This document shows, piece after piece, positions 31,622-42,592 of a stretch of DNA of 64,000 nucleotides. The notes below the pieces were generated by a model. That model worked only from the letters and a program-made list of their open reading frames with translations, made no database searches and was not told the origin of the DNA. The stretch comes from Microcoleus sp. (GTDB lineage: Bacteria; Cyanobacteriota; Cyanobacteriia; Cyanobacteriales; Microcoleaceae), in NCBI GenBank assembly GCA_052279835.1, contig CP181291.1, positions 3,680,001 to 3,744,000 on the forward strand, given 5' to 3'. Numbering within the stretch: the first letter of the stretch is position 1; the number at the start of each line of letters is the position of its first letter. A program made the translations under genes and the position numbers.

Positions 31622-31805
31622 AAATCATTGCCAAAAGCCAGTGACACAGGCCCAAAAGCCTGTGAAATCAGTCTGGCCCCGGCAAGATGGCTGTCAATTA
31701 CTCCATTCAAGAACAGGCAATAGGCCTGTCCCACTTTTAATTAAAAAAAATTAAAAATACCAATAGCTAAACTATAAAACTAATCCTATTTAATATTAAA
31801 ACCCT

Positions 31806-33371
31806 ATGTCCCTCACCGAAAAAATCCTCTCCCAAGTACCGGGAGACGCCCTTGGAGGCCTGCGAAAGGTCGATCGACTCTGGGAAAACCTCAAACAAAA
31901 CACCGCACCCACACCCCAAGTCATCGAGTACAGCCCACAACCCCTCGAAACCATAAACTTCGACATAGTTATCAGCGGCGCAACCCTAGGAATACTAATC
32001 GGTACAGCCCTAGCCCTGCAAGGCTGGCGAGTTGCCTTACTCGAACGTGGCATCCTGCGAGGGCGCGATCAAGAATGGAACATTTCCCGCAAAGAATTAG
32101 ACGTATTCTTAAAACTAAATTTGCTATCCCTGGAAGAAATAGAAAAAGCCATTGCTACCGAATATAACCCAGCCCGCATCAGCTTTCCCGATACCCCAGA
32201 CATTTGGGTGCGGGACGTACTCAACATTGGAATCGACCCAGTTTACCTCCTCGAAACCCTCAAACAGCGCTTTCTCCAAGCCGGAGGTAAACTATTTGAA
32301 AATACACCATTTAAAAAAGCAACCATTCACCCCAATGGAGTTGTCATAGAATCTACCAATACAGATGGGCAAGCAGCCCCAAATTTATTTCAAAGCAGAT
32401 TATTAATAGACGCAATGGGGCATTTTTCACCCATTGTGCGACAAGCCAGACAAGGCAAAAAACCCGATGCCGTCTGCTTAGTAGTCGGTAGTTGCGCCCA
32501 AGGATTCCCCAACAACGACACTGGCGACATATTTGCATCCTTCACCCCAATGCAAAATCAGTGCCAATATTTTTGGGAAGCATTTCCCGCGCGAGATGGG
32601 CGCACCACTTACCTATTTACTTACCTAGATGCCGACACAGAAAGATTCAGTTTAGAAACATTATTTGAAGAATATCTGCGCTTGCTACCCCAATATCAAA
32701 ACGTCCAACTTCACCAGCTCAAATTTCAAAGAGCACTCTATGGATTTTTCCCTTGCTATCGCCAAAGTCCTCTCAAAACCCCTTGGAATCGAATTCTCCC
32801 CGTCGGAGATAGCAGCGGCAGTCAATCTCCCCTCAGCTTTGGTGGTTTCGGCGCCATGGTGCGTCATCTTCAGCGCTTAACTCTGGGAATTCACGAAGCT
32901 TTGACAAGCGACAGTCTCAGTCAAAATTCCCTGGCACTTTTGCAGCCCTATCAGCCAAATCTATCCGTCACCTGGTTGTTTCAGCGTTCCATGAGTGCGG
33001 CAATGAATCAGAAAATAGCCCCCAATCAAATTAATCAACTTTTGTCTAGTGTGTTTCAGGTAATGGAACAGTTGGGGGAACCTGTACTCAAACCATTTCT
33101 TCAGGATATCGTGCTGTTTCCGGCTTTGTCAAAAACGCTGTTTAAAACTGCAATTAGTCATCCTGGATTAGTGATGAAAATCATCCCGCAGGTGGGAATA
33201 CCTAATTTGTTGGATTGGATGGTTCATTATGTAAATTTAGGGATTTATACGGGATTGCAGCCTTTGGCTAAAGCTGTAGAACCGCAGGTGAAGCAGTTGT
33301 CACCGCAGCAGCAATATTATTTTCACCGATTAATTGAAGCCTGGGAATACGGTGCTGGGGGCGATTATTAA
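31806..33371 (+). CDS. cruP: FAD-dependent oxidoreductase of the CruA/CruP lycopene-cyclase family
   Basis: ISGATLG, GRDQEWNISR, QYFWEAFP, QSPLSFGGFG, ends YGAGGDY. Confidence 0.65.
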   Translation: MSLTEKILSQVPGDALGGLRKVDRLWENLKQNTAPTPQVIEYSPQPLETINFDIVISGATLGILIGTALALQGWRVALLERGILRGRDQEWNISRKELDVFLKLNLLSLEEIEKAIATEYNPARISFPDTPDIWVRDVLNIGIDPVYLLETLKQRFLQAGGKLFENTPFKKATIHPNGVVIESTNTDGQAAPNLFQSRLLIDAMGHFSPIVRQARQGKKPDAVCLVVGSCAQGFPNNDTGDIFASFTPMQNQCQYFWEAFPARDGRTTYLFTYLDADTERFSLETLFEEYLRLLPQYQNVQLHQLKFQRALYGFFPCYRQSPLKTPWNRILPVGDSSGSQSPLSFGGFGAMVRHLQRLTLGIHEALTSDSLSQNSLALLQPYQPNLSVTWLFQRSMSAAMNQKIAPNQINQLLSSVFQVMEQLGEPVLKPFLQDIVLFPALSKTLFKTAISHPGLVMKIIPQVGIPNLLDWMVHYVNLGIYTGLQPLAKAVEPQVKQLSPQQQYYFHRLIEAWEYGAGGDY

Positions 33372-33513
33372 CCGATAAACAAACAGGCAAGATGCCTGTT
33401 TTACAAGACACATATATGGCCTTTATCCGAAAGATGAGGTAGGAGCGATAATTGGTAATTACCAATTACCAATTACCTCATCTTTCTAAGAAAGGCTATC
33501 TATAAGTTGTGAG

Positions 33514-34383
33514 TTATGACGGTGCTATAACTATTAAAGCTTTAGGAATAACTCGAAATTTCGCAGGAGTATGCGTTGTGATTTCACCATCGGTATTAAT
33601 CGCAAGACGTTTGGTAGTATACACCTCAATTTCTTCAGATTCCAAGGTGCGTACATTAGACCAAATAGCATGATTGCCTTGCCTCATGGCAGGAAGTAAA
33701 GCCATTATTTCCCACCAATTATTTGTTTCCAAACTGTACAAATCTAGTCGCCGATCGTCTATGGTTGCATCTTCCGCAATCGTCATGCCACCGCCGTAGT
33801 AGCGACCGTTGCCAATCGCAATTTGAATAGTTTTTACATAAAAAACTTGGTTATTTGTATGAATTTCCGCTCTAAAAATTCGGGATTTCCAAATTACTTG
33901 CAACGCAGTAAAAGCATAAGCTAAAATACCCCAACGCTGCTTGACTTCTTTCGTCAGTCGTTCGGTAATTTGCACGCTCAATCCCAAACTCGCTACATTA
34001 AAAAAATGCTGGCCGTTCACCCAACCTAAGTCTATGCGCCGGACTTTACCGCTGGCAATTACTTGACAAGCTGCTGATAAAGAGGTAGGAATTCTGAGAG
34101 TGCGAGCTAAGTCATTAGCAGTTCCCATGGGCAAAATACCCAAGGGCAACTGAGTGTCAATTAAACCTTCGATGGCTGCATTGAGAGTGCCATCTCCACC
34201 GCCGACTATGACTAATTCCACCAAATTTTGGTAGGATTTTATGATTGCTGAAAGTTCATGAGGATGCTTGTTAGACTCTACAATTAACTCAAAACCTAGT
34301 GCTTGCAATTGGGCAGTTGCTTGAGAGAATAGATTTTTCCCTTTTCGGGAGTGCTGGTTTATTAACAGTAGAGCTTTTTTCAT
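33514..34383 (-). CDS. YegS/DAG-kinase-like lipid kinase
   Basis: GGGDGT, PMGTANDLAR, IGNGRYYGGG, TDGE. Confidence 0.9.
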   Translation of the reverse strand: MKKALLLINQHSRKGKNLFSQATAQLQALGFELIVESNKHPHELSAIIKSYQNLVELVIVGGGDGTLNAAIEGLIDTQLPLGILPMGTANDLARTLRIPTSLSAACQVIASGKVRRIDLGWVNGQHFFNVASLGLSVQITERLTKEVKQRWGILAYAFTALQVIWKSRIFRAEIHTNNQVFYVKTIQIAIGNGRYYGGGMTIAEDATIDDRRLDLYSLETNNWWEIMALLPAMRQGNHAIWSNVRTLESEEIEVYTTKRLAINTDGEITTHTPAKFRVIPKALIVIAPS

Positions 34384-34626
34384 TTTTTTAGTGTTATTTG
34401 TTATTTGTTATAATAATAAAGGTCAACTATCAACTGCCCACGGCCAACTGCCCACGGCTAACTAATAAGTGGATAAAATTGATGCTCTGTTTGTATGTTA
34501 CCAGTGAGGATGGATTGACCAAAATCTCAAATAATGTGTAATTGTAACAAAAGATAGTTCAGAAGTATTTAGTATTCTTAGCTAGCGTTCATCTACCTCC
34601 GTTCTGAAAAAAGCTCAACTAAAATT

Positions 34627-35916
34627 ATGTCTAATATTTTAGAACAAGCGCAAGCCGCTGCCGATCGCCAAAACTGGTCTGAACTTGTCCAATGCTTGCA
34701 ACAACTGCCACTAAAGGGACAGCAGGCGCTGGAAACACAAAATTTAGACAAGGCCGTAAGTTTGGCCATAGAAGCCTTAGAATGGGGCGATTTTCAAGAT
34801 CGATGGGATATTGCGAAAATATTGCCCAATCTGGGAACTAGGGCGATCGCACCCTTAATTGATATACTAGAAAACGAAGACGCAGATACCGAACAGCAGT
34901 GGTTCGCCACCCGCATCCTCGGAAAGTTCGATCGCCCCGAAGTGATTGAAACTTTAGCAAAATTAGTCAAAAATTCCGACGAAGAATTGAGTCAAATCGC
35001 AGCGGAAACCCTGGGGAATTTAGGGCCAACAGCAGTCGCATCCCTAGCAGCTTTGTTATTGCAAGCAGAATCCCGACAGTTTGCAACAGAAGCACTGGCT
35101 CAAATTCGCCACAGTGAAACCATCGTACCGCTGTTGAGTGTAGTCGGAGATTCCCAAGTTGCAGTGCGGTTGGCGGCGATCGAGGCGCTGAGCACCTTTC
35201 ACGACTCGCGGATTGGGCCGGTATTGATAGCAGCACTCACAGATCCCGCCACAGCAGTCAGAAAAGAAGCCGTGCGAGCCCTAGGAGTTCGTTCGTACCT
35301 AGACGCAGAATTCGATTTAGTTAATTTGCTGAAACCTTTGTTGTGGGATATCCGTTTGGAAGTTTGTCAGCAAGCTGCGATGGCTCTGGGACGGCTGAAA
35401 ACGGATGCAGCGGCGACGGCTTTATTTGAATTATTGCGATCGGTAACAACTCCGGTGGAATTGCAAATTGAAACTGTTCGGGCTTTAAGCTGGATGGAAA
35501 CGAGCGCGGCTTGGGAATATTTGCAACAAGCGCTAACCGGAGGATTTAGTAACATTAATTCTGCTGTTTGTCAAGAAATTATTACGGTGTTGGGGCGTCT
35601 GTCAAAGCCGGAATTAAAAGGCAAAGCTGCTGAGATTCTGATCGATTTTCTTGAAAGTAGTCATCCGGCAGCCCAACAGGTGGAAGTCCAACAATCTTTA
35701 GCTTTAGCTTTAGGTCAATTAGGAGATTTCAGGGCGCTAGATTGTTTGATTCAACTGTTGGCTAACCCAGATACCAGAATCAGGCTGCACAGTTTATCAG
35801 CGCTCAAACAGCTAGGTGAGGCTCAGGTGAGGCAGAAATTAGAAAGTTTACTGAAAGAAGATAATTTGGAACTGGGGTTGAGAGAGGGAATTGCGATCGC
35901 ATTGCAAGAATGGTAG
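34627..35916 (+). CDS. nirB: HEAT-repeat protein, NirB-like
   Basis: HEAT repeats with GDFQ.RW.IAK; upstream of ntcB-cnaT, the known cyanobacterial gene order. Confidence 0.6.
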   Translation: MSNILEQAQAAADRQNWSELVQCLQQLPLKGQQALETQNLDKAVSLAIEALEWGDFQDRWDIAKILPNLGTRAIAPLIDILENEDADTEQQWFATRILGKFDRPEVIETLAKLVKNSDEELSQIAAETLGNLGPTAVASLAALLLQAESRQFATEALAQIRHSETIVPLLSVVGDSQVAVRLAAIEALSTFHDSRIGPVLIAALTDPATAVRKEAVRALGVRSYLDAEFDLVNLLKPLLWDIRLEVCQQAAMALGRLKTDAAATALFELLRSVTTPVELQIETVRALSWMETSAAWEYLQQALTGGFSNINSAVCQEIITVLGRLSKPELKGKAAEILIDFLESSHPAAQQVEVQQSLALALGQLGDFRALDCLIQLLANPDTRIRLHSLSALKQLGEAQVRQKLESLLKEDNLELGLREGIAIALQEW

Positions 35917-35947
35917 CAGCATCAATCAAAAAACAGAATACCGATAT

Positions 35948-35972
35948 CCCCGACTTCTTCAATAAGTCGGGG
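35948..35972. repeat. CCCCGAC/TTTCTT..AAGTCGGGG hairpin repeat
   Basis: Near-identical copy at 42651-42675. Confidence 0.7.
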
Positions 35973-35982
35973 AGATACTAAT

Positions 35983-36462
35983 GTGATCGTGGGACAAGCT
36001 GAATTGAAAAGTGTGATCGCACAAGTTATGGAGAATTTAGATGTGCTCCCTTGCGGGGTAATTCCGCCTAATCCCCTGGCTCTTTTGGACTCCCAGCGGA
36101 TAACTTCGTTAATTAAGCAATTTGCCGCTAGTTATGATGCAGTGATTATTGATGCTCCTGCTTTGAATGTTGCTGCTGATGCTCTGATTTTGGGGAATAA
36201 AGCCGATGGGATTTTATTGGTAGTCAGGCCTGGAGTTCTTCATTCTGGTACTGTGGCTTTTGCGAAGGAGCTTTTGAAGAAATCCAGTCAACAGGTTCTG
36301 GGCTTAGTGGTGAATGGAGTAATTCCTAAAAATGAACCTCACAGTCATTACTATTTTACCAATGAATCTTACGCTCAAGAGCAGGATGCTAATTTCAATC
36401 ACAAGATTTTGCGATCGCCCGGGGAGATGGAAAGATGGGGAGATGAGGATATCTTTAACTAA
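35983..36462 (+). pseudogene. C-terminal fragment of a Wzc/CapB (CpsD) tyrosine kinase
   Basis: G..PPNP..LL, YD.VIIDAP, D...LVVR, LG.V.NG, Tyr cluster; no Walker A or TM region. Confidence 0.7.
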
Positions 36463-36534
36463 TAAGTCACGGCGATGGGGAATTGTCGATGTTGTCGAGT
36501 TCGATCGCCCATAAATCAAAACGAATCTGTAGCT

Positions 36535-36576
36535 GTATCAAAGTCTACTAAACTTGGCGAGCAAATCGGTTAATGT
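36535..36576 (+). promoter_or_regulatory. Canonical NtcA-activated promoter
   Basis: GTA-TCAAAGTC-TAC (36535-36548), 22-nt spacer, TAATGT (36571-36576), upstream of ntcB. Confidence 0.85.
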
Positions 36577-36640
36577 CACTGTTATTCTTCAGTCACTACT
36601 GATGAAGATCGCGCCATATGTTACCTAGACTTAAACATCC

Positions 36641-37618
36641 ATGCGTTTAGAGCAGATTCAAGCATTTCTTTCCGTTGCCGAAACCGGAAGCTTTCAGCAA
36701 GCAGCAGGGAAATGTGGCGTGACTCAATCGACTATTAGCCGCCAAGTGCAGGGACTAGAAGCTGAACTCGGCCTATCTCTGTTTCATCGCATGGCCCATG
36801 CCAAGCTAACTTTAGCCGGGGAACGCCTGTTACCTCATGCTCGCAAAATCTGTCAGACTTGGCAAAATGCCAGTCAGGAATTGGGAGACTTACTCGCGGG
36901 TAAGCAGCCGGAACTTTGCGTAGCTGCTATTCACTCCGTGTGTGCTGCTTATTTGCCGCCTGTACTCCAAAAATTTTGCCGGGATTATCCAGAGGTACAG
37001 TTGCGGGTAACAGCCCTGGGGAGCGATCGAGCTCTGAAAGTCCTCAAAGACGGTTTGGTGGATGTAGCGGTGGTGATGAACAATCGCTATTTTACTCAAG
37101 GTGCGGAAATGTTGGTTGAGGTGCTTTACAATGAGCCGATCGAGGTATTGATGGCCGCGAGTCATCCCCTAGCTAAATACGATCGAGTCCCAATTGCTGA
37201 ATTGATTTGTTACCCCCAAGTCGTGTTTAAGGATGGCTACGGAATGCAGCGGATGGTGCAAGACGAATTTGGACGCATGGGTGCTAAACTGCAAGCTGTT
37301 TTGGAGTTGAATACTCTCGATGCTTTTCGAGGTGTGGTGCGACAGGGAGAATTGATTGCCATGCTGCCACATTCGGCTTTGGTGGAAGCCCGTGCCGATC
37401 GCACTTTAGCAATTCGCCCGATCGAAAACCAGAGACCAAATTCTAAGGTTTCTGCCATCGGCACTGCCGCGGCAGATCCGATTTGGACTCGCGAAGTCGT
37501 TTTAGTGACAACTCACGATCGAATGCAAATTCCACCCATCGCCCATTTCTGCCAATTAGTACGCGAATTTGTGCCACCACAATTTGATGTCTTAAAAGTT
37601 GGAACAACTAACAAATAA
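36641..37618 (+). CDS. ntcB: LysR regulator NtcB
   Basis: MRLEQIQAFL..AETGSFQQAA..CGVTQSTISRQ; NtcA promoter; cnaT downstream. Confidence 0.82.
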   Translation: MRLEQIQAFLSVAETGSFQQAAGKCGVTQSTISRQVQGLEAELGLSLFHRMAHAKLTLAGERLLPHARKICQTWQNASQELGDLLAGKQPELCVAAIHSVCAAYLPPVLQKFCRDYPEVQLRVTALGSDRALKVLKDGLVDVAVVMNNRYFTQGAEMLVEVLYNEPIEVLMAASHPLAKYDRVPIAELICYPQVVFKDGYGMQRMVQDEFGRMGAKLQAVLELNTLDAFRGVVRQGELIAMLPHSALVEARADRTLAIRPIENQRPNSKVSAIGTAAADPIWTREVVLVTTHDRMQIPPIAHFCQLVREFVPPQFDVLKVGTTNK

Positions 37619-37653
37619 CTAATCACAAATAACCAATCACAAATAACCAAATT

Positions 37654-38712
37654 ATGAGTAACGCTTTTAGAGAATTGCTGCGAAAAATTGGCAGTGGCGT
37701 ACACACAGGAGAAAACTTGACTCGCACCGAATCAGCCGCAGCAACGCGGATGATGCTGTTAGGAGAAGCAACACCGGCTCAAATGGGAGCTTTTATGATT
37801 TCCCACCGCATTAAGCGACCTACGGGGGAAGAATTAGCCGGAATGCTCGATGCTTATGAAGAATTAGGACCGAAACTCGCCCACCCAAACAGAGAAAAAG
37901 GATTTTCAGTATCTAGCGTGGCGGTGTTTGGAGTTGCTTACGACGGGCGATCGCGCACAGCCCCAGTGAGCCCTTTAACTGCTTTAATTTTAGCAACCGC
38001 AGGCGTTCCCACTCTCATGCACGGCGGCGATATCATGCCGACAAAAGAAGGTATTCCCCTGATAGAAATTTGGCGCGGTTTGGGTGTTGACTGGGCAAAA
38101 TTGACTTTAGAAAAAGTCCAGCAAGTTTTTGATAATACAGGTTTGGGTTTTGTCTACCTTCCCACCCATTTTCCCCAAGCTGAGAGTTTAGTTCCCTACC
38201 GGCGCGAAATCGGCAAACGATCGCCTTTTTCGACCATGGAGTTGATGTGGTGTCCCTGTGACGGCGATGTTAACGTCATCTCCGGCTACGTCCACCCACC
38301 GACGGAAGGTATGTTTATCAAGGCTTTTGAATTGCGAGGAGTCAAGAATTACACCACAGTCAAAGGACTAGAAGGAAGTTGTGATTTGCCGCGCGATCGT
38401 ACTGCAATCATCGGTATTGCTAAGCCAGATATTGAGTTTGAGCGAGTGCTGTTAGCTCACGGCGATTACGGTTTCAGCAGCACAAATTCCGCCTTAGAAT
38501 CGACCTCTGAGTTATTAAAACAAATGCAGGAAGTTTTACAGGGAAAACCCTCGGAATTAATGCAGTCTACTATTTGGAATAGCGGATTTTATCTCTGGCG
38601 TTCGGGAGTTTGTTTAGATATAAATTCTGGTTTTATTAAAGCAGAAATCTTATTAAGTAGCGGTCAAGTCTATCAAAAACTTGAGGAAGTGAGCAACTTT
38701 GTCAATAGCTAA
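37654..38712 (+). CDS. cnaT: Anthranilate phosphoribosyltransferase-like protein CnaT
   Basis: FRELL.KIGSG.HT, HRIKRPT, YDGRSRTAP, GLEGSCDLP; context after ntcB. Confidence 0.75.
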   Translation: MSNAFRELLRKIGSGVHTGENLTRTESAAATRMMLLGEATPAQMGAFMISHRIKRPTGEELAGMLDAYEELGPKLAHPNREKGFSVSSVAVFGVAYDGRSRTAPVSPLTALILATAGVPTLMHGGDIMPTKEGIPLIEIWRGLGVDWAKLTLEKVQQVFDNTGLGFVYLPTHFPQAESLVPYRREIGKRSPFSTMELMWCPCDGDVNVISGYVHPPTEGMFIKAFELRGVKNYTTVKGLEGSCDLPRDRTAIIGIAKPDIEFERVLLAHGDYGFSSTNSALESTSELLKQMQEVLQGKPSELMQSTIWNSGFYLWRSGVCLDINSGFIKAEILLSSGQVYQKLEEVSNFVNS

Positions 38713-38803
38713 ATGTAGACAGTAGACAGTAGACATTCCACTTTTGACTCTATAGGGACAAACAACCAACAACAAATAAAAAATAAAAAATAAAAAATAA
38801 AAA

Positions 38804-39412
38804 ATGACTAATAATAAAATTGCTGTAATTTTGCTGGCTGGCGGTCAAAGTTCCCGGATGGGCAGAGATAAAGCTCTTTTAGAAATAGATGGTAAATGCC
38901 TATTAGAGCGAGCCTGGGAAGTGGCTGCTAACTTAACCTCAGAAGTTTACGTCCTAGCTGCTTGGCCCGATCGCTATCGATCTACCTTAAATAAAAAATG
39001 TCAATTTCTGGTAGAATACAATCCAGGTTCCGGGCCCTTGAGAGCCTTGAGTCAGGGATTAACTCAAATTACTACCGAGTGGATTTTACTCCTAGCTTGT
39101 GATTTGCCTTTGTTGGATGCCGAGATAATTCAGCATTGGGCCAGTCAGTTAACAGCAGTAGGGCCATCTACTTTAGCAGTTGTGCCTTATCAAAATTTGC
39201 GCTGGGAACCTTTGTGCGGATTCTACCGCCAGCAATCCCTCTCAAGTTTGCAAATTTTTATTGAGAAAGGCGGGCGCTCTTTTCAAGTATGGTTGAATCA
39301 AATTGCAGCAATACCTCTGCCTATAGGAGAACGAGAAGCACGAATGTTATTAAATTGCAATACACTAGAAGAGTTTGAGAAATTAAAAAGTCAAATGGGG
39401 AATAGGGAATAG
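38804..39412 (+). CDS. mobA: Molybdenum cofactor guanylyltransferase
   Basis: LAGGQSSRMGRDKA, GPL, ACDLP, EPLCG.Y, NCNT. Confidence 0.93.
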   Translation: MTNNKIAVILLAGGQSSRMGRDKALLEIDGKCLLERAWEVAANLTSEVYVLAAWPDRYRSTLNKKCQFLVEYNPGSGPLRALSQGLTQITTEWILLLACDLPLLDAEIIQHWASQLTAVGPSTLAVVPYQNLRWEPLCGFYRQQSLSSLQIFIEKGGRSFQVWLNQIAAIPLPIGEREARMLLNCNTLEEFEKLKSQMGNRE

Positions 39413-39526
39413 GGAATGGGGAATGGGGAATGGGGAATGGGGAATGGGGAATAGGACATTGGAATTAACAAATAACAAATAACAACAACAAATAACAAAT
39501 AACCAACAACAAATAACAAATAACAC

Positions 39527-40723
39527 ATGAACTTAGAACACTGGCTACTAGATCGCGATATAACATTTCTCAATCACGGCTCTTTTGGAGCTTGTCCGAT
39601 TCCCGTACTAGAAGCACAAACAAGTTTTCGAGAACAGTTAGAAAGAGAACCGTTGCGCTTTTTGATGCGGGAATTTGAGCCACTGTTAGATAATGCTAGG
39701 AATGAATTAGCCACTTTTATCGGTACCAGTAGTGATGAGTTGGCATTTGTGCCGAATGCGACGACGGGAGTAAATGCAGTTTTGCGATCGCTCTTTTTTG
39801 CTCCGGGCGACGAATTATTAACTACCAATCAAGAATACAACGCTTGCCGCAATACACTAGATTTTGTAGCCCGTCGCACAGGCGCTACAGTCATAGTAGC
39901 CGAAGTACCATTTCCCATTGAGTCGCCAGAACAAGTTATCGAAGCAGTAATTAAGTGCGTTTCACCCCAAACAAAATTAGTATTATTAGACCATATTGTC
40001 AGTCAAACAGGCTTAATATTTCCCATCAAACAGCTAGTTAGTGAATTAGCCCAAAGAGGTGTCGATGTCTTGGTAGACGGATCTCACGCACCAGGAATGA
40101 TCGCGCTGAATTTGGATGAAATTGGCGCTGCTTACTACACTGGAAATTGTCACAAGTGGCTGTGTGCGCCAAAAGGTGCTGGCTTTTTGTATGTGCGGCG
40201 CGACAAACAAGATGCTATTCGGCCAACAACTATCAGTCACGGTGCAAACTCCCCGCGCAGCGATAAATCCCGCTTTCAATTAGAATTTGACTGGATGGGA
40301 ACAGTCGATCCAAGTGCTTATTTATGTGTACCGGTGGCGATCGACTTCATGGGTTCTTTGTTGGAGGGCGGATGGCCGGAATTGATGGCAAAAAATCATG
40401 CTTTGGCTTTAGCAGGAAGACAGATATTGCTGGATAAATTAGATTTACCCCAGCCTTGTCCAGATGAAATGGTAGGCTCGATGGCTGTGGTACAACTCAG
40501 AGATGCAGAATTTGATGCCGTTGGCAAGTCAGGAATTGCCCCTTTACAAGAGGCTTTGTGGGAGATTTTTAAAATAGAAGTGCCGGTGATTCCTTGGCCG
40601 GATGCAAATCAGCAGTTGCTGAGGATTTCTGCTCAATTTTATAATACTTTACCGCAATATGAGTATTTGGCTAAGGCGTTGGTTGAGTTAATAGGAACAA
40701 AATTTATAGAAAAACCGGATTAA
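39527..40723 (+). CDS. Class V PLP aminotransferase (isopenicillin-N-epimerase / cysteine-lyase-like)
   Basis: LNHGSFGA, VDGSH, NCHKWLCAPKG, RISAQ.YN. Confidence 0.88.
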   Translation: MNLEHWLLDRDITFLNHGSFGACPIPVLEAQTSFREQLEREPLRFLMREFEPLLDNARNELATFIGTSSDELAFVPNATTGVNAVLRSLFFAPGDELLTTNQEYNACRNTLDFVARRTGATVIVAEVPFPIESPEQVIEAVIKCVSPQTKLVLLDHIVSQTGLIFPIKQLVSELAQRGVDVLVDGSHAPGMIALNLDEIGAAYYTGNCHKWLCAPKGAGFLYVRRDKQDAIRPTTISHGANSPRSDKSRFQLEFDWMGTVDPSAYLCVPVAIDFMGSLLEGGWPELMAKNHALALAGRQILLDKLDLPQPCPDEMVGSMAVVQLRDAEFDAVGKSGIAPLQEALWEIFKIEVPVIPWPDANQQLLRISAQFYNTLPQYEYLAKALVELIGTKFIEKPD

Positions 40724-40985
40724 GGCAGGCTTTTTCCCCAAGCTAGCAACAGTTTGAAAAAAAATAATTCTGAGCGCTCGCATTTAGATAAAATTGCAAA
40801 ATCTCAATTACACAGTCTAGGACGCACGCGAGACTAAAAACCCGGTTTCTGGGGAGCATCCCCATTTTGTAAGGGCAAAGTATTTCTCTATTCTTTCCCT
40901 CTGTGTCCTCTGCGTTCTCTGCGGTTAAATCATTCCGATGTAGCCGGAAACGATATTACATCTAATACTAAAAAAATCCTAATTT

Positions 40986-41750
40986 ATGCGTGAAAACCAA
41001 CTCAAACAAAAAATTAAACAAGGCGAAACTGTCCTCGGTTTATTTATGAATTGCGCCTATCCCGCATTTATAGAAATTTGCGGTCATGCTGGCTTTGACT
41101 TCGCCGTCATCGACATGGAACACGGTCCCTTACATTCCCTCGCTGCCGAAGATTTGTGTCGCGCAGCAGACTGTGCAGGAATTGCGCCCATTGTTCGCGT
41201 CCGCAAAAACGACGGCCCACAAATTCAACGAGCCCTCGACATTGGCAGTGCTGGTATTCAAGTACCTCAAATTGAATCTAGAATAGATGCCGAAATTGCG
41301 GTTAAAAATTCCAAATACAGTCCCCTCGGCACCCGTGGTCTTTCCTTTGCTACCAGGGCGGGGCTTTACACTGCTGCGGGTACAAATATTACCGATCGAC
41401 TCAACGAAGAATCCTTAGTTGTAATTCATGTCGAAGGGAAAGGTGGCATCGACAACTTAGCAGAAATTGTGACAGTACCCCACGTTGACGTGATTTTTCT
41501 GGGGCCATACGATCTGTCACAGTCGATCGGCATTCCCGGCCAAGTCCGCGATTCGCGAGTGATCGAGATGATGGAAAATGCCGTGAACACCATCCGCAGC
41601 GCCGGAAAAGCTGCCGGTACTTTTGCCGACACCCCCGAAGTCGCCCAGCAGTGGATTGATGCTGGCGTTCAATACGTGGGACTGGGGGTGGATGTTGCCG
41701 TCTTTTTGCGAGCTTGTCAGTCCCTAGTCAAAGCAGTCGATCGACTTTAG
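40986..41750 (+). CDS. HpcH/HpaI aldolase family
   Basis: GFDF.VIDMEH, RALDIG..G..VP, FLGPYDLS. Confidence 0.88.
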   Translation: MRENQLKQKIKQGETVLGLFMNCAYPAFIEICGHAGFDFAVIDMEHGPLHSLAAEDLCRAADCAGIAPIVRVRKNDGPQIQRALDIGSAGIQVPQIESRIDAEIAVKNSKYSPLGTRGLSFATRAGLYTAAGTNITDRLNEESLVVIHVEGKGGIDNLAEIVTVPHVDVIFLGPYDLSQSIGIPGQVRDSRVIEMMENAVNTIRSAGKAAGTFADTPEVAQQWIDAGVQYVGLGVDVAVFLRACQSLVKAVDRL

Positions 41751-41923
41751 ACTTTGGATTAAACAGCTTATAACTCCCGAATTTTTTTTGGCATCTTTAC
41801 AATATCTTTGCAATTTTTGTAGTGTCTTTGACCACACAGACCAAAAACCTGAGCTAGACTAAAAGTATACATCTCCTTAAGGCCAAATTAAGGAGGGGAG
41901 CAAGGATTCATGGAGAACTATCT

Positions 41924-42592
41924 ATGAAAACAGCATTAGAATCCATTCATTTGGATTACGCTTTTATGTTTACTTTCAAAAAAGTAAACTCAATTAAGCT
42001 AGAAGGATTTAAGCCATTTTTCGACGATATGCCGATCGATCCTTATATTAAAGGAAAGTATCGTTCGAGAAGGTTGTCGCGATTTATAGTCAATGGAAAC
42101 GAATTAATTAAGTTGCCTCACGGCTATCTTTTCCAAAGTAAAGAATACAATCCGGTGGTGGGTGATATCAAGCGTGAATTTGCCGAATTGGACGATCGAC
42201 TAATCGCCCTGGATAATTTCAAACAAATGATTTTTGCTTTTTTCGATTCCTGCAAAATTCACCCGGAAGCTGAAATCGGCATCCATCAAATCAGGACGAC
42301 TTGTTCGCCACACAATTTTGGCAATCCTGCACCGGAAGGTATTCACAGAGATGGTACTGATTTTATCGGCATCTTCTCAGTTGACCGAACTAATATTGTC
42401 GGTGGCGAAACTCATTTGTACTTGGCGAAAAAAGAGAAGCCTGTGTTTAATAAAGTTCTGCATCCCGGAGAACTGCTGTTGGTCAATGACCACGAATTTT
42501 TTCACTTTACTACACCAATTAAGCCGGAAGTGGAAGGGGTGGGGACAAGGGATGTCTTTGTGCTGACATCTCCGAGTTTGCTGACTGATTGA
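41924..42592 (+). CDS. 2OG-Fe(II) dioxygenase family
   Basis: HQIR, PEGIHRDG (HxD), FHFTTP, RDV. Confidence 0.85.
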   Translation: MKTALESIHLDYAFMFTFKKVNSIKLEGFKPFFDDMPIDPYIKGKYRSRRLSRFIVNGNELIKLPHGYLFQSKEYNPVVGDIKREFAELDDRLIALDNFKQMIFAFFDSCKIHPEAEIGIHQIRTTCSPHNFGNPAPEGIHRDGTDFIGIFSVDRTNIVGGETHLYLAKKEKPVFNKVLHPGELLLVNDHEFFHFTTPIKPEVEGVGTRDVFVLTSPSLLTD

